DNA from: Candidatus Saccharimonadota bacterium
GTDB taxonomy: Bacteria; Patescibacteriota; Saccharimonadia; Saccharimonadales; Saccharimonadaceae
DNA length: 32,000 bases
Assembly: GCA_049296095.1 (NCBI GenBank)
Contig: JBAQRV010000001.1
Span: forward strand, 240,001 to 272,000
Direction of reading: 5' to 3'
Part shown: positions 8,453 to 16,899 of the stretch, piece by piece
How positions within the stretch are numbered: position 1 is the stretch's first letter
Layout: the number at the start of each line of letters is the position of its first letter
Notes under the pieces: model-generated
Database searches by the model: none
What the model saw: the letters and a program-made list of their open reading frames with translations, nothing else
Told to the model about the DNA's origin: nothing
Position numbers and translations under genes: made by a program

Positions 8453-8665
8453 ATGCGAGTAGTAAACGTTATAGCACTAATACTAATCATAATTGGAGGC
8501 CTCAACTGGGGACTGGTCGGATTCTTCGACTACAACCTTGTCGATGCCATCTTTGGCGAAGGCTCAGGCCTCGCGCGTGTCATCTATGCAGTCGTAGGAC
8601 TGGCAGCGGTGTACAAACTTGTGATTGCAATTGGCAGTCGCACAATGGCTACAGAGAAAAAATAA
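8453..8665 (+). CDS. DUF378-family small membrane protein
   Basis: 70 aa with two TM helices. 'IGGLNWGLVGFF..NLV' is the DUF378 signature. A strong SD AAAGGAGG lies at 8436-8443. Confidence 0.75.
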   Translation: MRVVNVIALILIIIGGLNWGLVGFFDYNLVDAIFGEGSGLARVIYAVVGLAAVYKLVIAIGSRTMATEKK

Positions 8666-8675
8666 GGTATCCCTT

Positions 8676-8714
8676 AAAAGAGTCCGCGCCTCTAGTGCTG
8701 CGGGCTCTTTTTTA
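8676..8714 (+). terminator. Rho-independent terminator after the DUF378 gene
   Basis: aaaagagtccgc (8676-8687) pairs with gcgggctctttt (8700-8711), one G-U pair, with a T-run continuing to 8713. Confidence 0.7.
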
Positions 8715-8752
8715 TTTCCCCATAGGCCTCTCTAGACAAAATATCTAGCTTG

Positions 8753-8761
8753 TGCTATAAT
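8753..8761 (+). promoter_or_regulatory. Extended -10 box TGCTATAAT for the DEAD-box helicase transcript (long leader)
   Basis: A perfect TGnTATAAT. The start codon lies ~130 nt downstream at 8892. Confidence 0.5.
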
Positions 8762-8811
8762 GAAGCCATTGCATCCGAATGGATACCGTCTCTGTTTAAG
8801 AAAGATTTCTG

Positions 8812-8864
8812 AAATAGATATCAAAAGGTTCTCGCTGTTCGTCTGCAGCGAAACATATCTATTT
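8812..8864 (+). promoter_or_regulatory. Nested stem-loop in the helicase 5' UTR
   Basis: Outer 10-bp stem aaatagatat (8812-8821) with atatctattt (8855-8864). It encloses a 6-bp hairpin tcgctg (8832-8837) with cagcga (8846-8851). Confidence 0.4.
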
Positions 8865-8891
8865 AAACCCTGAAAGGGGACTACTGTCTCT

Positions 8892-10130
8892 ATGACATAC
8901 CGAAACACACGCTCATCAACCAAACCAAGCTCATCACGAGCAGGACACCGTTCATTCGGTGGTCCATCAAGTCGTCCACAACGAAGTGGAGGCGGCAACC
9001 GTCGTGGTGCTTATATCCACCCAAGTAAATTTATTAACAAGGCAGTCACCGCTGCCGAGGAAGTAATCTACGAAGCAAAGCATACTTTTGCTGATTTTAA
9101 GTTCCGCCCCGACCTTGAACGTAATATCGTTCACAAGGGCTACGTCACGCCAAGCGCCATCCAGGACCAAGCAATTCCGCACATCCTTGCAGGCAAGGAC
9201 GTCATTGGCCTCGCTAATACTGGTACGGGTAAGACAGCCGCCTTCCTTCTTCCGATCCTTGAAAAGTTAGACGAACGAACGCAGATGCCATCCGTACTCA
9301 TTATGGCACCGACTCGTGAGCTGGCCGTTCAGATCCAAGAAGAGTTCCGCGCCTTCTCAACTGGCATGCGTCTTTTCTCAGCCCTTGTGGTTGGTGGGAT
9401 GAACATTGACCGTCAGATTCGCGACATTCGTCGCCGTCCACACGTCATTATCGGCACACCTGGTCGTCTTAAAGACCTCATGAAACGAAATGAGCTCAAG
9501 CTCCAGGAAGTCAAATTCCTCGTCCTCGACGAAGCTGACCGAATGCTCGACATGGGATTCATCAACGACATCCGAAATATCATCAGTGAAATTCCTAAAG
9601 AACGCCAAACATTGTTCTTTAGTGCAACCATTACGCCAACCATCCAAACATTGGTGAATGAATTCTTGCAAAATCCTGAAGTTATCTCAGTCCGAACCGC
9701 CGACACCAGCGAACACGTCGAACAAGACATCGTTGAAGTTGCCAGCAAAGAAGCTAAGCTCGATACCTTAGTTGAGATGCTTCGTGGTGAAACTTTTGAT
9801 AAGGTCCTTGTTTTCGGTGAAACGAAATTCGGCGTCCAACGTCTGTCAGATCATCTTGAACGAAGCGGCTTTACCTCTGTTGCTATCCACGGTAACAAGT
9901 CTCAGTCACAACGCCAACGTGCCCTCAAGTCTTTCAAAGACAACCAGGTCAAGATCATGGTTGCCACCGACGTTGCCGCTCGTGGCCTCGACATTCCAAA
10001 TGTCAGCCACGTCATCAACTTTGATCAACCAGCCACCTATGAAGACTACGTCCACCGTATCGGCCGAACCGGTCGTGGTGGTGCCAGTGGAAAAGCTTTC
10101 ACTTTCGTTCCAACCCAGAACCGCTACTAA
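8892..10130 (+). CDS. DEAD-box ATP-dependent RNA helicase with an R/G/S-rich N-terminal extension
   Basis: Q-motif region, 'ANTGTGKTAAF', 'PTRELA', 'VLDEADRMLD', 'FSAT' and 'HRIGRTGRGG'. Confidence 0.93.
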   Translation: MTYRNTRSSTKPSSSRAGHRSFGGPSSRPQRSGGGNRRGAYIHPSKFINKAVTAAEEVIYEAKHTFADFKFRPDLERNIVHKGYVTPSAIQDQAIPHILAGKDVIGLANTGTGKTAAFLLPILEKLDERTQMPSVLIMAPTRELAVQIQEEFRAFSTGMRLFSALVVGGMNIDRQIRDIRRRPHVIIGTPGRLKDLMKRNELKLQEVKFLVLDEADRMLDMGFINDIRNIISEIPKERQTLFFSATITPTIQTLVNEFLQNPEVISVRTADTSEHVEQDIVEVASKEAKLDTLVEMLRGETFDKVLVFGETKFGVQRLSDHLERSGFTSVAIHGNKSQSQRQRALKSFKDNQVKIMVATDVAARGLDIPNVSHVINFDQPATYEDYVHRIGRTGRGGASGKAFTFVPTQNRY

Positions 10131-10152
10131 CAACGAGTTAAAAGCACAACTG

Positions 10153-10182
10153 TATACCGCCCGAAATGGCGGTATATTTTTT
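10153..10182 (+). terminator. Rho-independent terminator after the helicase gene
   Basis: tataccgcc (10153-10161) pairs with ggcggtata (10168-10176), followed by TTTTTT (10177-10182). Confidence 0.8.
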
Positions 10183-10187
10183 GTTAA

Positions 10188-10196
10188 TGATATACT
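10188..10196 (+). promoter_or_regulatory. Extended -10 box TGATATACT, 6 nt upstream of the ATG (leaderless arrangement)
   Basis: TGATATACT at 10188-10196, gap 'tttaac', ATG at 10203, and no SD. Confidence 0.5.
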
Positions 10197-10202
10197 TTTA
10201 AC

Positions 10203-10901
10203 ATGCTCTACAGTCTTAGCCTCCTCGTCCTTCTGTTCTTCGTCTACTCATTCATCGGCTGGATCCACGAGATCATCTACCGCCTCATCACTGAACGCAA
10301 GTTCTATACAACCGGCTTCTTAACAATGCCTATCTTGCCAATTTATGGAACTGGGGCGACCGTCATCCTACTACTGGTCGATCCTTATTTCGATAACCCA
10401 TTCGTCGTCTTTGCGCTCAGTGTCGTGATTGCCTCTGTGTTGGAATACACCACGCATCTTATCTTGGACAAGCTATTTCACATTCAACTATGGGACTATA
10501 GCAAGAAGAGATTTAACCTCCAGGGCAGAATCTGTCTCGAGAACTCACTCGGGTTCGGTATCTTAGCGCTCTTGCTCGTGTACGTACTACATCCTCTGTT
10601 CTCAGGCTGGCTCGGTATGATTCCTGACTCAATCGCTATTATTATTGCTATCGTACTCAGCTCGCTGCTCATTATCGACTTTGCTAACTCTGTCATCAGT
10701 CTTGTTAGGGTGCGCATGAGTGCTATTAAGGGGACACTCAAAGCCATCTGGGAGCACCTAGTCAACGAACTTTCGATCATCACCACGGCTGATCCAACGA
10801 AGAGAAAGCGTCTCATCCGTATTCGACGAGCCCTGCTTCGACTCCATGAACTGAACTTACGTCGCTTAACACGGGCCTACCCAAATGCCCAACGTAAATA
10901 A
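10203..10901 (+). CDS. Polytopic membrane protein ('putative ABC-transporter type IV'/CmpB-like family)
   Basis: The N-terminal 'FFVYSFIGWIHEIIY' motif is typical of that family. There are several TM helices and a basic C-terminal tail. Confidence 0.55.
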   Translation: MLYSLSLLVLLFFVYSFIGWIHEIIYRLITERKFYTTGFLTMPILPIYGTGATVILLLVDPYFDNPFVVFALSVVIASVLEYTTHLILDKLFHIQLWDYSKKRFNLQGRICLENSLGFGILALLLVYVLHPLFSGWLGMIPDSIAIIIAIVLSSLLIIDFANSVISLVRVRMSAIKGTLKAIWEHLVNELSIITTADPTKRKRLIRIRRALLRLHELNLRRLTRAYPNAQRK

Positions 10902-10965
10902 CAGCCAATTACCACAAGCGCGTTATAATAAAATGGCGTACACTAGAATAGAAAAGGAGAACAAC

Positions 10966-11382
10966 ATGACAGATAGTATTGATCACGGACCTGGTCCGTT
11001 TGTCGCTAACATCGAGGATGCGACACTCGCCAACACCAACTATCGAACTACTCTTTGGACCGGTAAGCACCTTCAAGTGACTCTGATGGCAATTCAGCCT
11101 GGTCACGACATCGGCCTAGAGGTTCATGAAACTGTTGACCAGTTCCTTCGTATCGAAGAGGGGAAGGCAACGGTCTACATGGGGGATTCAAAAGAGAATT
11201 TGGAGTCATGGGAAGCTAACAATGACGATGCTGTTATTGTTCCAGCTGGAACTTGGCACAACCTCGTTAACTCTGGCGATACGCCACTGAAAGTCTACTC
11301 AATCTACGCACCGCCACAGCACCCACACGGCACAGTTCACGTTACAAAAGAAGAGGCTGACGCTGACGAAGCGAACGAATAA
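10966..11382 (+). CDS. Cupin-domain protein
   Basis: 'GHDIGLEVHETVDQFLRIEEG' and 'VIVPAGTWHNLVNSG' are cupin motifs 1 and 2. A GGAGA SD lies 5 nt upstream of the ATG at 10966. Confidence 0.75.
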   Translation: MTDSIDHGPGPFVANIEDATLANTNYRTTLWTGKHLQVTLMAIQPGHDIGLEVHETVDQFLRIEEGKATVYMGDSKENLESWEANNDDAVIVPAGTWHNLVNSGDTPLKVYSIYAPPQHPHGTVHVTKEEADADEANE

Positions 11383-11385
11383 TAA

Positions 11386-12168
11386 CTATTTAAGCAGAAG
11401 GCCACCATCGACCACAATCTGACTACCAGTCATATATGATGACAGGTCAGATGCTAAAAAGAGGGTGGCCTTTGCAATGTCATCGCCCTGGCCAATGCGC
11501 TTCATTGGGATACGAGCTTCCATCGCCTTGAGCGTATCAGGAATCTCACCGTCTATCGATCCGACGCCTGGAGTCGCGATTGCCCCAGGTGCGATGGCAT
11601 TAACAGTGATATTGCGCTCTGCGAGCTCGAGAGCGATATTCTTTGTAAAGCCCCAAACACCGTGCTTTGATGCATCGTAATGTGCTAAACCTGCCATTGA
11701 AGGGTGAATAGCATCAATCGAAGTGATATTGATGATCTTGCCGCCGTCATTCATCGCAGTCGCCGCATTCTGAGTGCACAGAAACACGCCCTTCAGGTTC
11801 ACATCGATTACCCGCATAAAGTCGGCCTCATTCATATCCATCACATTCTGAAAAGGATAGATACCAGCATTGTTCACGAGAATATCCAAAGAGCCACATT
11901 TCTCAAGGGTATAAGCAAAGGCCGCCTCGACTTCAGAAGCCCGACTCACGTCTAATCCGAAAGAGTGGGCGGATCCCGCGCGCAGTTCGTTCAATTCATT
12001 GGCCAGAGTATCAGCCGCATCTCGGTTAAGATCCGAGACGATCACCATTGCTCCCGCCTGATGAAGTCGGCGCACAATAGCCTGTCCAATACCCATAGCC
12101 GCGCCAGTCACAAAGGCAACCTTCCCGTTCAAGGTCAGTAGTGAGTCTATTGTTTCGAGTTCTTTCAT
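11386..12168 (-). CDS. Short-chain dehydrogenase/reductase (FabG-like)
   Basis: 'VTGAAMGIGQA' (TGxxxGxG), 'NNAG' and the catalytic 'YDASK'. Its ATG overlaps the upstream gene's stop (ATGA). Confidence 0.9.
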   Translation of the reverse strand: MKELETIDSLLTLNGKVAFVTGAAMGIGQAIVRRLHQAGAMVIVSDLNRDAADTLANELNELRAGSAHSFGLDVSRASEVEAAFAYTLEKCGSLDILVNNAGIYPFQNVMDMNEADFMRVIDVNLKGVFLCTQNAATAMNDGGKIINITSIDAIHPSMAGLAHYDASKHGVWGFTKNIALELAERNITVNAIAPGAIATPGVGSIDGEIPDTLKAMEARIPMKRIGQGDDIAKATLFLASDLSSYMTGSQIVVDGGLLLK

Positions 12169-12770
12169 CGTGCCACACCCCGTTTCTTCTTATGCTTTAT
12201 TGTACTATATCTGGCACGCCGAACAAGCAAGTAGACAGCGAATCCGGCATTCGTCACGAATAATAGGGCAGGGTAAAGGGCTGTCACGACACTGACGGTT
12301 TGCAAGGCAAATAGTGCAATAAGGAACTTCAGGCTGTTAAGTGCAAAGGTAGTGACAGTTTCTTCTCGAGCACCTTTCCAGGCTTTGCGAATGGTTGGCG
12401 CAAAGCCGAGCAAAGAAATGATGCTCGCCAGAACAACAGACAAGACCACATCAGAGGTCTGATACCAGACCACCAAAACAAACCCAGCAGCAACCAAGCA
12501 GAACCAATCAAGCCGCGTAATGCGTCGCTCACCGTATTTAAAAGACAAACCAAAGATAATAAAGTTTGCCAATGCTGCACTGCCGGTCACCCAGGCTCCT
12601 GGTCCGGCACCAGCCGCCAGTTGCTGGAAAAATATAAAGGAATTAAGCATTCCCCATATCAACCAGGTTAACCCGTGCGGCTTGGTCTTGCCACGGAACA
12701 TGTCACGAAAGTAAAGCCCATAGCTGATAATAGCCATGAGGATAGTGAGAAGGCCAAGCCAGACAGTCAT
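12165..12770 (-). CDS. Integral membrane protein, unknown function
   Basis: About 6-7 predicted TM helices. The start at 12770 was chosen because a TATACT box sits 7 nt upstream. The gene is coupled to the SDR gene by a 4-nt overlap. Confidence 0.6.
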   Translation of the reverse strand: MTVWLGLLTILMAIISYGLYFRDMFRGKTKPHGLTWLIWGMLNSFIFFQQLAAGAGPGAWVTGSAALANFIIFGLSFKYGERRITRLDWFCLVAAGFVLVVWYQTSDVVLSVVLASIISLLGFAPTIRKAWKGAREETVTTFALNSLKFLIALFALQTVSVVTALYPALLFVTNAGFAVYLLVRRARYSTIKHKKKRGVAR

Positions 12771-12777
12771 ATAGATA

Positions 12778-12783
12778 AGTATA
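12778..12783 (-). promoter_or_regulatory. -10 box TATACT, 7 nt upstream of the ATG at 12770 (leaderless arrangement)
   Basis: The reverse complement of 12778-12783 is TATACT. The gap is 'tatctat'. Confidence 0.4.
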
Positions 12784-12815
12784 ACCTTTATCGAGAAGAA
12801 GTGAATTACCTCACG

Positions 12816-12824
12816 TGCTATACT
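12816..12824 (+). promoter_or_regulatory. Extended -10 box TGCTATACT, 6 nt upstream of the ATG at 12831 (leaderless arrangement)
   Basis: TGCTATACT, gap 'caaact', then ATG. It lies back-to-back with the minus-strand box at 12778-12783. Confidence 0.5.
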
Positions 12825-12830
12825 CAAACT

Positions 12831-13292
12831 ATGCAAGAAGATTCTATTTCAACCATCGCCGCTTATATTAATGAACACCCCTTGGCTGTCCTCAGCACTG
12901 TCACGCCGTCAGGCACACCTCATGGCACGACGCTTTACGTAGGAAGCGACCCGCAGCTTCATCTTTTCTTTATGACCAAGCGCGAAACTCAGAAGCATGA
13001 GAATATTCTCAGCAACCCGAAGGTTGCACTTACTTTCAGTGGTGAAGACCACCAAACAACACTTCAGCTGAATGGTATTGCATCCGAAGTCGCCGTCCCA
13101 GATGAAGGTGCGAGGGCATTCCAGGTCCTTGGCACTATCCGCCACAATAGCGAAGACTTCCGTCTACCGATTTCAAAGATCGAGGCCGGACCATACATTG
13201 TCTACCGCGTCGATGTTGCCGAAGCAATTCTCACTGAATACGAACACGGTAACCGAGTTGATGGGATCGTAACGGTTACCTATAATCGTTAA
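12831..13292 (+). CDS. Pyridoxamine 5'-phosphate oxidase-like (FMN-binding split-barrel) protein
   Basis: 'LAVLSTV..G.PHG..LY' and 'LHLFFMTKRETQKHENILSNPKVALTF' fit the PNPOx-like fold pattern. The 12675 start was rejected because it overlaps the divergent gene. Confidence 0.6.
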   Translation: MQEDSISTIAAYINEHPLAVLSTVTPSGTPHGTTLYVGSDPQLHLFFMTKRETQKHENILSNPKVALTFSGEDHQTTLQLNGIASEVAVPDEGARAFQVLGTIRHNSEDFRLPISKIEAGPYIVYRVDVAEAILTEYEHGNRVDGIVTVTYNR

Positions 13293-13320
13293 GGTCTATC
13301 GAGAGGATCCTAGGCTCTAA

Positions 13321-13809
13321 ATGAAACGTATTTCTGCAGAATATCTCCAAAGTGCAATGTTCGGATTTAACGATGCGCTCGTGTCAACCACGGGAGTTAT
13401 AGTTGGAATTAGCGCTGGTACTGGCAGGAAGGAAGTGGTCATCCTCGCTGGGGTCGTGACGATACTTGTAGAGGCACTGTCAATGGGGGCAGGTCAGTAT
13501 CTTAGCTCCAAATCGGCCCATCAACTCAATAAAGAAAAGTCGTCGAGATCATCGATCCTCAGCGGACTCATCATGCTATTTGCGTACTTTACGGCAGGGC
13601 TTGTGCCATTATTGTCTATTGTCTTCTTTCCGATTAGTTATTCTACTATCGTCGCGGTTATCGCATCACTAACGTGCCTTTTGGTGCTTGGTTACATCAA
13701 AGGAAAAGTTGTTCAGGTTTCTCCTTTGAGAAGTGCGTTCGAGGTTTTTGTCATTGGTGGTATCGCCACGGCAATCGGTATCATAGCCGGGAAAATTTTC
13801 TCTATTTAA
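13321..13809 (+). CDS. VIT1/CCC1-family (Fe/Mn transporter-like) membrane protein, short form
   Basis: 'FGFNDALVSTTGVIVGISAG' and 'EALSMGAGQYLS' are VIT-family motifs. Confidence 0.7.
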   Translation: MKRISAEYLQSAMFGFNDALVSTTGVIVGISAGTGRKEVVILAGVVTILVEALSMGAGQYLSSKSAHQLNKEKSSRSSILSGLIMLFAYFTAGLVPLLSIVFFPISYSTIVAVIASLTCLLVLGYIKGKVVQVSPLRSAFEVFVIGGIATAIGIIAGKIFSI

Positions 13810-13873
13810 GGACAAAATCTTATATACTCTTAAACATAGAGTGCATTAAGCAATAAAACGATAGAAGGGTATC

Positions 13874-14215
13874 ATGACATTTCTAGAATCAATCCAAGCA
13901 GTTCCACGTAAATATGCAGAATTTAGCGGCAGAGCTTCCCGCTCTGAATTCTGGTGGTGGATCCTTTTCACCGTACTCGTGACAAGCGCATTTAATGTAT
14001 TCAGCGTCATTACCGTTGGTCAAGATGGCTCAATCGGGTCAATACTGAGTGGGCTATGGGGTGTTGTGATTCTTCTTCCTACCCTTGCAGTGACAGTACG
14101 CAGGTTGCGTGATGCAGGCTATGCCTGGACGAATGTATTTTGGATACTTCTCCCATTTGCCGGCCTCATTATTCTCGCGATCTATCTCTCGAACCCTCAG
14201 GCAAAGAAAAAATAA
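13874..14215 (+). CDS. DUF805-family membrane protein
   Basis: 'F.GRASRSEFWWW.LF' and 'LAVTVRRLRDAG' are DUF805 signatures. Confidence 0.75.
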   Translation: MTFLESIQAVPRKYAEFSGRASRSEFWWWILFTVLVTSAFNVFSVITVGQDGSIGSILSGLWGVVILLPTLAVTVRRLRDAGYAWTNVFWILLPFAGLIILAIYLSNPQAKKK

Positions 14216-14236
14216 GAAATGGTGTCGTTTATAGCT

Positions 14237-14264
14237 AAATAGGACCTGTAGGGGGTCCTATTTT
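14237..14264. terminator. Bidirectional hairpin terminator between convergent genes
   Basis: aataggacc (14238-14246) pairs with ggtcctatt (14254-14262). It is flanked by an A-run and a T-run. Confidence 0.65.
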
Positions 14265-14311
14265 AATGTGTCACATTTGGCTGGGGTTAGTGGATGTGTT
14301 CCAGTAACTTT

Positions 14312-14998
14312 TTAACTTAGAATCTGCGCAACTGTGCTGTCGGCTAAGATTTTCATAGTATCGAATATCTCAACTTTATTACTTTCTGGGTTCAAGAGCT
14401 GCAAGTCCGTACATGCGAGTGCAACGAAGGATACATCTTTCGAGATAGAGTTGGCGGTATCGATAAGGAATTCGCGGTCTTCATCAAGGTGCTCCCCATT
14501 CACAAGACGTTGAATAATAGTATCGATTTTTGATCGCTGTTCGTCAGTAGGAGTTACATATTCGATTCCACTTTCAGAAAGTTTCGATTCGTATACCTTA
14601 TTTTCGATTGTCGCAGACGTAGAGATAAGACCAACCTTTTTTATGTCTTTGCTATTCAAGTATTTAATTGTTTCCTCAACAATACTCAACACTGGAATTG
14701 AAACAGCCGCTCGAATTTCATCAATAAATACATGCAACGAATTACATGGCATTACAAGAAAATCGACACCACTTTTCTCTAGCTTCCTAGCTTCTTCCTG
14801 AAGAAAGGGGATATAACGTTTAATGCCAGTATTATGTGCAATTAAGTCACGTTCAATCTCAAATAACAAAGGGACGCTACCGATAACGACAGACGGTCGC
14901 TGATTATCATTTAGCTGCTGACAACGAAAAATAACCTCTAAGTAGAAGTTTGCTGTTGTTTCTGGACCTAGACCTCCAATAATACCTACAGACTTCAT
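14312..14998 (-). CDS. Aspartate/glutamate racemase family protein
   Basis: 'GIIGGLGPETT' plus the two catalytic-Cys motifs 'MPCNSLH' and 'LACTDL'. Confidence 0.85.
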   Translation of the reverse strand: MKSVGIIGGLGPETTANFYLEVIFRCQQLNDNQRPSVVIGSVPLLFEIERDLIAHNTGIKRYIPFLQEEARKLEKSGVDFLVMPCNSLHVFIDEIRAAVSIPVLSIVEETIKYLNSKDIKKVGLISTSATIENKVYESKLSESGIEYVTPTDEQRSKIDTIIQRLVNGEHLDEDREFLIDTANSISKDVSFVALACTDLQLLNPESNKVEIFDTMKILADSTVAQILS

Positions 14999-15004
14999 AC
15001 ACTC

Positions 15005-15013
15005 ATCATAGCA
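15005..15013 (-). promoter_or_regulatory. Extended -10 box TGCTATGAT, 6 nt upstream of the racemase ATG (leaderless arrangement)
   Basis: The reverse complement of 15005-15013 is TGCTATGAT. The gap is 'gagtgt' and the ATG is at 14998. Confidence 0.5.
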
Positions 15014-15038
15014 AACAAAAGAACCTCCGAAGAAGTTC
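15013..15038 (-). terminator. Rho-independent terminator after tRNA-Gln (UUCG tetraloop)
   Basis: The minus strand reads gaacttc-ttcg-gaggttc (7 bp with one G-U pair) followed by ttttgttt. Confidence 0.65.
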
Positions 15039-15052
15039 TAAAGTAATAAATC

Positions 15053-15126
15053 TGGCTGGGGATGAGGGATTCGAACCCCCGATATCGGGACCAGAACCCG
15101 GTGCCTTACCACTTGGCCAATCCCCA
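15053..15126 (-). tRNA. tRNA-Gln (anticodon CUG), CCA encoded
   Basis: The 74-nt reverse complement is TGGGGATTGGCCAAGTGGTAAGGCACCGGGTTCTGGTCCCGATATCGGGGGTTCGAATCCCTCATCCCCAGCCA. It has a 7-bp acceptor stem with a U1-A72 pair, a GGTTCGAATCC T-arm and the anticodon loop TTCTGGT. It closely resembles E. coli tRNA-Gln. Confidence 0.88.
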
Positions 15127-15198
15127 AAGCTTCATTATTTTAACATATTTGGCATGAATTACTAAGGTTATTATTCTGCTTGACCCTTATGCTTATAC

Positions 15199-15226
15199 TT
15201 GCGTCACCGCTTATGTTTGTTACAAT
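15199..15226 (+). promoter_or_regulatory. Promoter TTGCGT-16 nt-(TGt)TACAAT, with the -10 box ending 6 nt upstream of the pilin ATG (leaderless arrangement)
   Basis: -35-like TTGCGT at 15199-15204 and extended -10 TGTTACAAT at 15218-15226. The gap is 'gagcat', the ATG is at 15233, and there is no SD. Confidence 0.55.
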
Positions 15227-15232
15227 GAGCAT

Positions 15233-16897
15233 ATGAATCGGCTGAATAAAGGCTTTACTCTTGTCGAATTAATCGTTGTGATAGCGGTCATTGGTATTCT
15301 GGCAACCGTGACGGTGATCGGACTTGGACGCTATCAGGCTGATACCAGGGATGCTCGACGCGCTGCAAACGCGACGGTCATTAGTGAGGCGCTTGAAAAA
15401 TACTACGATGCCAACGGGGAATACCCAAGCTGTGGTGCGATCACTGCCGCAGGCAACGTTGTTACCGATAACACTGGCCCTTTGGCTGGCGTAGACAAGA
15501 ATTCTATCGTGGCACCGCAAGCACCTGGGGGAACAACCAACTCTATCGTCTGCGGCACTACACTCGGACTAACCGGTGATGACTTTTACCAGTACGTTGG
15601 CGATGGCAGTGCCGCATGTTCTGGAAGTAGCTCATGTTTGTCCTATAGCCTTAAATATCGCAATGAAGTCGACAATGAAATCATCACGCTTTCCGGTCGT
15701 CGCAATACCTCAATTGCAACTGCCGGCGCCGCTACTATTTCAGTCACGGCGATAGATTTCTCAACCATTAATGTCTCTTGGACCGCTATTCCAAATGCGA
15801 CCAGCTATCTCGTCCAGCGATGTACCGCGGCTGGGTGTGGCGTAGGAACAACCACCGATATCCCCGTTGGTGACGTCACCACCGCTACAGCCACTGGTCT
15901 GAGCAGTGGGACGCCGTACTGGTTCCGTGTTCGTCCAGATGCGACCTCGACAAACGGGACATGGTCAAATACTATCAGCGCTACAACTCTACAGATTGCC
16001 GCGCCGAACCCTCAAGGAACTCCCAACTCAGGAACACAGATCACGATTACCTGGAGTGCTGTCGCCAATGCCGTCAGCTACACACTTGAATACTCCACCT
16101 CACCAACACTTGCCAGTGGTGTCACGACGATTACAGGCATTACGACCACTAACCGCGTTCTCACAGGTCTGTCTGTCGGAGCGACCTATTATTTCCGCGC
16201 CAAGGCCATCAATGGTGCCATTCAAAGCGCCTGGTCATCTATCAATAATGCAACGACCGCTGTCCCTGCACCAGCGAGTTGTACTCCAAGTTTGGCGAGC
16301 AATACACAGATCAACCTCAGTTGGGCGGCGGTCACCAGCGCTACCAGCTACACCGTCGAATATGCAACCAATAGTGGGTTTACCAGTTCGACAGTCATAC
16401 CGAACATTGCCACAACCACACGTTCGCTTACCGGGCTTCTCAACGGAACATCCTATTATATGCGAGTTAAGGCAGTGAACGGCTCTGTCCAAGGTAGTTG
16501 GGCGACCTGCGCCACAACCTCTACAGGTGTTAGCGGTCCAATCTCAGCTGGATACAGCTATGGTGGCTGCTGCCAAGTAGTAAACATCGGTGCGGTTGAC
16601 TGGGTTGGGAGCAATGCGGATGGTTATAGCGGCAACAACTACGCCTCACACGTCGATACGTACGGCTCATGTGAAGGTGGCGCTGAATTCCAAATCTATA
16701 TGGATGTCTGGTACGCCTACAGCAACGGAAGTGGTGCCAATGATTATGCGGCCGAAGGCTGGACGACAGGTAACCGCAGCTGGTGGATGATTAATGGCTC
16801 TAATAGTTGGTATGGCTACTATAATGCCAAAGTGCGATGTCTCATCAATGGCCAAACGGCTGGTGGGTGGAGCATGGGCACGATCGGGGGATATTAG
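15233..16897 (+). CDS. Type IV pilin-like protein with three FN3 modules and an aromatic/Gly-rich C-terminal domain (554 aa)
   Basis: Class III signal 'MNRLNKG/FTLVELIVVIAVIGILA' with Glu at +5 and a pilin-core 'ALEKYYDANGEYPS'. This is followed by three ~88-aa FN3-like repeats and a 124-aa W/Y/G/N-rich C-terminus. Confidence 0.85.
   Translation: MNRLNKGFTLVELIVVIAVIGILATVTVIGLGRYQADTRDARRAANATVISEALEKYYDANGEYPSCGAITAAGNVVTDNTGPLAGVDKNSIVAPQAPGGTTNSIVCGTTLGLTGDDFYQYVGDGSAACSGSSSCLSYSLKYRNEVDNEIITLSGRRNTSIATAGAATISVTAIDFSTINVSWTAIPNATSYLVQRCTAAGCGVGTTTDIPVGDVTTATATGLSSGTPYWFRVRPDATSTNGTWSNTISATTLQIAAPNPQGTPNSGTQITITWSAVANAVSYTLEYSTSPTLASGVTTITGITTTNRVLTGLSVGATYYFRAKAINGAIQSAWSSINNATTAVPAPASCTPSLASNTQINLSWAAVTSATSYTVEYATNSGFTSSTVIPNIATTTRSLTGLLNGTSYYMRVKAVNGSVQGSWATCATTSTGVSGPISAGYSYGGCCQVVNIGAVDWVGSNADGYSGNNYASHVDTYGSCEGGAEFQIYMDVWYAYSNGSGANDYAAEGWTTGNRSWWMINGSNSWYGYYNAKVRCLINGQTAGGWSMGTIGGY
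15725..16522 (+). repeat. Three tandem FN3-like coding repeats inside the pilin-like gene
   Basis: Each repeat has the pattern '(I/V)..SW.A...A.SY.(V/L).(Y/R)... T..T.TGL..G..Y(Y/W)(F/M)R(V/A)(K/R)'. The repeats span about aa 165-252, 255-342 and 344-430. Confidence 0.7.
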
Positions 16898-16899
16898 CC

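Noticed and set aside
8362-8748. 128-aa ORF overlapping the DUF378 gene in another frame
   Set aside because: It has no RBS. The DUF378 frame has a strong AAAGGAGG SD and a family signature.
12675-12830. Longer N-terminal extensions offered by the ORF track (12675 for the PNPOx-like gene, 12836 for the membrane protein, 16837 for the post-pilin gene, 18269/18062 and 18117 for the divergent pair, 30072 for the AtpZ-like gene, 25289 and 25012 in the atp operon, 6150 for the LPXTG gene)
   Set aside because: The extensions overlap neighbouring genes or promoter boxes, or use GTG/TTG codons without an RBS. Internal ATGs have either an SD at proper spacing or a -10 box 6-8 nt upstream, and they give sensible N-termini.
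15053-15232. tRNA-Gln as an integration site for the pilin locus
   Set aside because: I found no integrase gene and no direct repeat of the tRNA 3' end downstream, and the composition of the pilin locus matches the background.
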